Part shown: in pieces, positions 58,225 through 64,000 of the stretch
Layout of the letters: each line of letters starts with the position of its first letter
Position numbering within the stretch: position 1 is the stretch's first letter
From: an uncultured Holophagales bacterium
Lineage (GTDB): Bacteria > Acidobacteriota > Thermoanaerobaculia > Multivoradales > UBA5704
Assembly: GCA_963842525.1 (NCBI GenBank)
Contig: CAWJGT010000009.1
Location: 640,001-704,000 of the forward strand
Direction: 5' to 3'
Length of the DNA: 64,000 nucleotides
The notes under the pieces: generated by a model
What the model saw: the letters and a program-made list of their open reading frames with translations, nothing else
Database searches by the model: none
Told to the model about the DNA's origin: nothing
Translations under genes and position numbers: made by a program

Positions 58225-59160
58225 CTAGGAGGCAAGGGCCGCCTGCACCAGGGCGGCAGTCTCCCGAGCGTTCAGCAGGCCCTTCACGATCCCTGTGGAG
58301 GCTTCGAGATGGCGGACACAGGCAAGTGAGGAAATCTCGGCTCCGAGTCTCCCGGCGAGCTGCTGCCAACTCTCCACGAATCGGGTGAGGGAGGTGGCCT
58401 CTGGCGCCTTGCCGAGTGCCTTCAGCAGCATCCTGGATTCGGTGTGCACATAGCGGATCGAGCTGTGGACCTTTTCCACGATTTCCACCTGCTCCAGCAC
58501 GGTCTTTGGACGTCGCGCCTCCCGGTCAATGTCCTGGGCTAACCGATCCGAAAACTCCTGGCGATCGCGGATGTCCTGTTGGCGACGATGTTGGGCATTG
58601 CCGGCGAACAGGCCTGGCAATGCGCTCAAGTCACCACTCAGTAGATCGCCGGCGCAGCTCCGCAACATCTCAGCGTAGTCATGGATCTCGGCAAGTTGGC
58701 CCTGCCCGGTGCTACGTGAGCGCCATCCAGGGAGTCGCTGATCGAAGAGCCAGTGTGCCGGGAGCTCAACGCGCAAGCGCAGCTCGTCGAGCCTCTTTCT
58801 CACCATGGCTGGCGTCTCGCCAAGTTGGTTCTCATCTCTGGAAAGTGCTGCCCGCATTCGATCGAGCTCAGCAGCCCATTCCGGTTGTTCCTCTACGTCG
58901 CCGGTCTTGAAATAGATCTCGATGGCTGATCCCCACTGAATCCCCTGGACGCAGATCGCGAGCTTGGGCCCCTGGAAACGAGCGCCGAAAGGCTCGCGGT
59001 TTTCAGAGAACACCAGAGGCCCTACGGTGAATCCGTAATCTTCCACTAGATACTTGAATTCTCGATGGCAGGCTCTCTCGAACTGACCGGCGGATGGGCG
59101 CAGATAGGACATCCACACATCATATCGTCCCCCGTCCAGCCGAATGGCGATGCCACTCAC
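58225..59160 (-). CDS. Hypothetical protein
   Basis: 311 aa ORF with protein-like composition. Start uncertain. Confidence 0.6.
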   Translation of the reverse strand: MSGIAIRLDGGRYDVWMSYLRPSAGQFERACHREFKYLVEDYGFTVGPLVFSENREPFGARFQGPKLAICVQGIQWGSAIEIYFKTGDVEEQPEWAAELDRMRAALSRDENQLGETPAMVRKRLDELRLRVELPAHWLFDQRLPGWRSRSTGQGQLAEIHDYAEMLRSCAGDLLSGDLSALPGLFAGNAQHRRQQDIRDRQEFSDRLAQDIDREARRPKTVLEQVEIVEKVHSSIRYVHTESRMLLKALGKAPEATSLTRFVESWQQLAGRLGAEISSLACVRHLEASTGIVKGLLNARETAALVQAALAS

Positions 59161-59211
59161 CCCTCCCGCGGAGTGAATTGTTCTGAATTGAGCAGCCGTG
59201 ATGAATCCAGG

Positions 59212-59680
59212 CTACGGCCGCTCGCTCATCGCCATCCGGTCGAGAAAGAGGATGGCGTCAAACACCCGTTCCCATCGGGTCTTCATCTCCTTGTACCCGA
59301 TCGGGCGGGCGATCAGGGGCTCCCGAAGCCATCCGGGCAGGCGGCCGGTCCGGCTGAGATCGAGAAAGGCGTACGGCAGGCCGGTGCGGTGGAAGAGATC
59401 CTCCAGGGAGCCGGCGCTCGGTTGCAGGAGCTCGATAGGCTGGCGCTGGGGGACCGAGCCGTACCTGCCCTGGTAGGCGAGGACCGCGACGGTGTACAGC
59501 TCCTCGCCCAACTCGCGTCGGGCCACGGCGCCCATCGGTTGCAAGGTGCGGTAAAGCCGGGTGTGGACCGCCGACGGGACATCGATCCCGGCGACCTCCC
59601 GGGCGGCATGGCCGCTCGCTGCCCAGACCACGATCTTGCGGCCGGCCGGCGGGATCTCGCCGTTCTCGTAGCGACCCTCG
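59212..59680 (-). pseudogene. C-terminal fragment of an erythromycin-esterase-like protein
   Basis: KIVVWAASGH, PMG, SLEDLF...AFLDL and FDAILFLD. The 5' part is missing. Confidence 0.7.
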
Positions 59681-59808
59681 ACGAAGGTCTTGGACGGCCG
59701 GCCGATCAACGCTAAGGGCTCGTCACGAAATAAGTGTCTCATCTGCGGGCTCTCTCGCCCCGGGAAGTCAACGCCGTCTGACGACTGCACCAAAGGTGCG
59801 GCGCGACG

Positions 59809-59975
59809 CTGGGAGCGCTGGCGTCTCGCCAGCATCATCAAGACAGCGGGCCGAAAGCCGGCCTTCTGGGAAGAACGGCGGGAAGCGAGGTGGGGGTTCG
59901 GGCTGGCTGCGGAGGCCCATCGCCGGCCGCCGTGGCCGCGGGGAGTGTGGGCCGGCGGGACGCCGGCGCTCCCAG
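59809..59975. repeat. REP-like inverted pair inside the MITE
   Basis: CTGGGAGCGCTGGCGTCTCGCCAGC and GCCGGCGGGACGCCGGCGCTCCCAG. Confidence 0.75.
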
Positions 59976-60022
59976 TGGGCGATGGCTCGGCCCTTGCGCC
60001 GAAGACAACTGCATGGACGTTC

Positions 60023-60430
60023 CCCGCGGTGACACGAAGTGGTCCCGCGGGACCAGCAAGATGTCCCGCGGGACCAGCTCCATCCATCGCGGGGAGTCGA
60101 ACCGCTGCCGCGGCGGTGACAACGCCCACCGCGGGACCAGCTCCATCCATCGCGGGGAGTCGAACCGCTGCCGCGGCGGCGACAACGCCCACCGCGGGAC
60201 CAGCTACAGCCACCGCGGGGAGTCGAACCGCTGCCGCGGCGGCGACAACGCCCACCGCGGGACCAGCTACAGCCACCGCGGGGAGTCGAACCGCTGCCGC
60301 GGCGGCGACAACGCCCGCCGCGGGACCAGCTACAGCCACCGCGGGAAGTCGAACCGCTGCCGTGGCAGCGGCAACGCCCACCGCGGCAGCAGCTCCATCG
60401 CGGGGAGTCGAACCAGTCCGCGGGACCAGC
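60023..60430. repeat. 63-bp tandem repeat (about 5.5 copies) built of 21-bp CGCGG subunits
   Basis: GACAACGCCC recurs at 60181 and 60244. (C)CGCGG appears roughly every 21 bp. Confidence 0.92.
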
Positions 60431-60731
60431 AGGACTGCCGGCTTCCCGCCCTAGATCCTACACTCCCGCTCAGCATGACACGATAGACCGGGCTCTGCCG
60501 TGAGAACCTTCCTGGATCGCTGGCGAGCTTCTTTGGAAGACCGAAACTGCGACACTTATTTCGTGACGAGCCCTAAGATCTGGTTCTTCTACGGCGCGCT
60601 GTCGGACGTGGAGTACGATCTGAGAGTGACCGACACGGAGACGGGCGCTGTCCGCACCTACCACAACGCGCCAGGCAACCTCTGTGGGCACGGCGACACG
60701 AGCGCGTTCGGCGACTGAGGTACGTGGAAGC

Positions 60732-60957
60732 GATCCAGAAAATTTGGAACGCATCCAGAGTCACGCGGGATCGATCCAGAAAATTTGGAACGCGTCCCAG
60801 GTTTCGTGGAAACGCTGCAGAAAATTTGGAACGCGTCCAGATTTTTTGGAACCGGTCCAGAAAATTTGGCAGGCGTTGCAGGTTTTTTGGAATCGATCCA
60901 GAAAATTTGGAACGCGTTCCCCATCATCCGAAATCGCATCCAGAAGATCCGTACCGG
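60732..60957. repeat. 41-bp-period palindromic array, copy 2 (5 units plus a degenerate one)
   Basis: Cores at 60732, 60773, 60814, 60854 and 60895. Confidence 0.9.
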
Positions 60958-61208
60958 CTCTGCAGCCGGCCGCCTCTTGGGAGGGGCCGGGCCAGCCTCG
61001 ACCGGCTCGTAAACTTCGCCTCCGCCTGGTCCAGATAGACCTGGAGGCGCAGCATCTCTGCCTGTTCGGCGGAGGAAAGAGCAGAGGCGTACTTTTGTTC
61101 CCCGAGCTCCGCGTAGCGGTCACGAGCCTGTCTCTCGATATCCTCCGCCGCTTCCGGATGTGCCAAGTGGGGAGGTGCGTACGTCTTTATTGCTTTCCGT
61201 GAGCTCAT
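60924..61208 (-). CDS. Small hypothetical protein
   Basis: ATG overlaps the end of the upstream hydrolase gene. The 3' end runs into the array and is uncertain. Confidence 0.45.
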   Translation of the reverse strand: MSSRKAIKTYAPPHLAHPEAAEDIERQARDRYAELGEQKYASALSSAEQAEMLRLQVYLDQAEAKFTSRSRLARPLPRGGRLQSRYGSSGCDFG

Positions 61209-62041
61209 AACTTGTCCTGCTGGCCGCCGCGAGTAGCAGGCGCACCAGCCACCACCCCCGCCACCCGCTCCTCCAACCCCGGAAACACATTGTGGCTCGC
61301 CTCCGGCACTTCGACGAGCTTCGCCCCAGCCGCCGCGGCGAGCTTCCGGCCCATGCGGATCGGGACCACCTCATCCCGGGTGCCGTGGAGGATGACCACC
61401 GGACAGCGCACGCGGCCGATCTTGGCCAAGTTGTCGTAGCGGTCCGCCACGGCGAAGTTGGCGAGGGGACCGGCGATCCTCTTGCCCATGTCGACCATGG
61501 AGGTATAGGGGGAAACCAGGATGAGTTGGTGGCAGGGATGGCGGACGGCCAGCTCGGTGGCGATGCCTGAGCCGAGGGAGCGGCCGAGGAGGACGATCCG
61601 CTCCGGCGGGATGCCTGCGGCCTGGAGCGCCTTCAGGGCTCCTTCTCCGTCGGCGTAGAGGTTCGACTCGGTCCTCTTGCCTGGAAGGCCTCCGAAGCCT
61701 CGGTACTCGGCCAGGAAGACGTCGAGGCCCCGGTTGAAAAGCTCTTCCGCGAAGTCCAGGTTCTGGGCCGCCGATTCGGCGTTGCCGTGGAAATGGACCA
61801 CCAGCGGCGCTTGTGATCCCGGCCTCTGGAAGAGGGCTCCCTTCAGCGGGGCTCCGTCCGTTGCCTGGTAGTCCACGAGGCGGGCCTGCGGGAAGCGCCG
61901 GGCCAGATCGGCTTCCGACGGAAAGCGCACCGGCGAGCCGGGATACATCATGGAGCGGGAGATCAGACGGAGAAAGCCGGTCAGCAGGAGCAGGACAACG
62001 AGAGCGACCAGGGCGAGCAGGACCGGACGGGGAAGCGTCAC
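61205..62041 (-). CDS. Alpha/beta hydrolase (ABHD17/BEM46-like)
   Basis: N-terminal TM, HFHGNAE, EYRGFG, GRSLG, HGTRDE and ASHN. Confidence 0.9.
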   Translation of the reverse strand: MTLPRPVLLALVALVVLLLLTGFLRLISRSMMYPGSPVRFPSEADLARRFPQARLVDYQATDGAPLKGALFQRPGSQAPLVVHFHGNAESAAQNLDFAEELFNRGLDVFLAEYRGFGGLPGKRTESNLYADGEGALKALQAAGIPPERIVLLGRSLGSGIATELAVRHPCHQLILVSPYTSMVDMGKRIAGPLANFAVADRYDNLAKIGRVRCPVVILHGTRDEVVPIRMGRKLAAAAGAKLVEVPEASHNVFPGLEERVAGVVAGAPATRGGQQDKL

Positions 62042-62062
62042 GGCGGCAATTCTATCCGCGCT

Positions 62063-63286
62063 ATGCTCCCGCGCATGGACTTCACCGTCCCCGAGCGGAT
62101 CCAGAGCCTGGCGTCCAGGCTGCGCGACTTCCTGGAAGAGGAGGTCGTGCCTCTGGAGCGGCGGCTCTTTGCGGAGGGCTTCGGCGCGATCCAGGGCGAG
62201 CTCGACCGGCTGCGCGCGCGGGCTCGGGAGATGGGGTTCTCGGTTCCTCATCTGCCGCGGGAGCAGGGCGGGGCCGGGTTGTCGCTGCTCGAATTTGCCC
62301 ACTTGAGCGAGGTGCTCGGCCGCAGCCCGCTCGGTCACTACGTGTGCAACTGCCAGGCTCCCGATGCCGGCAACATGGAGCTGCTGCTCACGCAGGGATC
62401 GGAGGAGCAGAAGGAGCGCTGGCTGCGGCCTCTCGCCCGTGGCGAGATCCGGAGCTGCTTCGGGATGACCGAGCCCGAGTTCGCCGGCTCGAATCCGGTC
62501 TGGATGGGGACGACGGCCCGCCGGGAAGGTGACGACTACGTCGTCGACGGCCACAAGTGGTTCACCTCGTCGGCCGAGGGCGCGGCGTTCTGCATCGTCA
62601 TGGCGGTGACCGATCCCGCGGCGCCTCCGCACGGGCGGGCCAGCATGATCCTCTTGCCGTGCGATGCGCCCGGGTTCGAGCTGGTGCGCAATCTGCCGGT
62701 GATGGGCGAGGCGGGCGCTGGCTGGATGAGCCATGCCGAGATCCGCCTCCAGGGGGTGCGCGTCCCGGTCTCTCACCGGATCGGCGAGGAGGGTGGTGGG
62801 TTCGCCCTCGCCCAGGAGCGGCTCGGGCCGGGCCGTATCCATCACTGCATGCGCTGGATCGGCATCTGCGAGCGGGCTTTCGACCTGATGTGCTTCCGCG
62901 CGGCGTCGCGCGAAATCTCCCCCGGCGAGCCGCTCGGCACGCGGCAGATCCTCCACGCCTGGATCGCGGAATGCCGGGCCGAGATCGACGCCGCCCGCCT
63001 CCTCGTCCTGCGTACGGCCTGGCGCATCGACCACGAGGGAGCCCACGCCGCCCGCGATGACATCTCCCTGATCAAGTTCCAGGTCGCGGGGGTGCTCCAG
63101 AACGTGCTCGACCGGGCCATCCAGATCCATGGCGGCTACGGTCTCATCGACGAGGCGCCTCTCGCCTACTGGTGGCGGCACGAGCGGGCGGCCCGCATCT
63201 ATGACGGTCCCGACGAGGTCCACAAGACCTCAGTGGCCCGCCGCATCCTCTCCCGCTACGGGATGCAACTGGGGAAAAAGAAGTAG
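62063..63286 (+). CDS. Acyl-CoA dehydrogenase
   Basis: CQAPDAGNME, FGMTEP, GHKWF, RLGPGRIHHCMR and RIYDGPDEVH. Confidence 0.95.
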   Translation: MLPRMDFTVPERIQSLASRLRDFLEEEVVPLERRLFAEGFGAIQGELDRLRARAREMGFSVPHLPREQGGAGLSLLEFAHLSEVLGRSPLGHYVCNCQAPDAGNMELLLTQGSEEQKERWLRPLARGEIRSCFGMTEPEFAGSNPVWMGTTARREGDDYVVDGHKWFTSSAEGAAFCIVMAVTDPAAPPHGRASMILLPCDAPGFELVRNLPVMGEAGAGWMSHAEIRLQGVRVPVSHRIGEEGGGFALAQERLGPGRIHHCMRWIGICERAFDLMCFRAASREISPGEPLGTRQILHAWIAECRAEIDAARLLVLRTAWRIDHEGAHAARDDISLIKFQVAGVLQNVLDRAIQIHGGYGLIDEAPLAYWWRHERAARIYDGPDEVHKTSVARRILSRYGMQLGKKK

Positions 63287-63296
63287 GCAGGCTGGA

Positions 63297-64000
<704 letters not shown>

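Larger units (their letters stand above)
59716..60573. mobile_element. Non-autonomous ISAzo13-type element (MITE), 858 bp
   Basis: Terminal IR GGGCTCGTCACGAAATAAGTGTC. TSD TAA at 59713-59715 and 60574-60576. No transposase. Confidence 0.88.
59681..60957 (+). pseudogene. Duplicated 3' end of the 46212-48767 protease gene plus the array, interrupted by a MITE
   Basis: 59681-59715 together with 60574-60957 match ~48590-48967. Confidence 0.88.

Noticed and set aside
59212-60486. Ala/Thr-rich or HRG-repeat ORFs across the MITE
   Set aside because: These are translations of the 63-bp repeat. The apparent fusion to the esterase fragment crosses the MITE boundary.

Overview
High-GC bacterial chromosome segment, probably Acidobacteriota (Thermoanaerobaculia-like). 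This placement is an inference from the Cys-rich RpoB insertion, the short EF-Ts and the accessory protein families. The backbone is housekeeping: rdgB-coaE-folD-ubiE, rplM-rpsI-rpsB-tsf-pyrH-frr, rlmB, five tRNAs, and tuf-secE-nusG-rplKAJL-rpoB-rpoC. Accessory DNA interrupts it at five points. (1) A TIR-STAND-TPR gene lies before rplM. (2) A ~7.2 kb island at the frr 3' end is bounded by a degenerate copy of the frr tail. It carries a coupled TPR-CHAT protease / unknown protein / trypsin-like lipoprotein operon, with the CHAT gene split by an IS66 that has an 8-bp target duplication. (3) A 5.9 kb block splits the Thr-Tyr-Gly-Thr tRNA cluster. (4) A hicB-hicA-like pair follows rpoC. (5) A ~11 kb patchwork island is bounded by a duplicated metalloprotease gene tail plus a 41-bp palindromic array. 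It holds a secreted DPxG-repeat peptide next to a TPR protein, an ISAzo13 and a related MITE, a Cys-rich peptide, and a membrane protein + TIR pair with a RelE/XRE TA module between 24-bp direct repeats. Several single-base frameshifts, including one in essential rpoB, suggest assembly indel errors. All coordinates were read by eye and no database searches were run.
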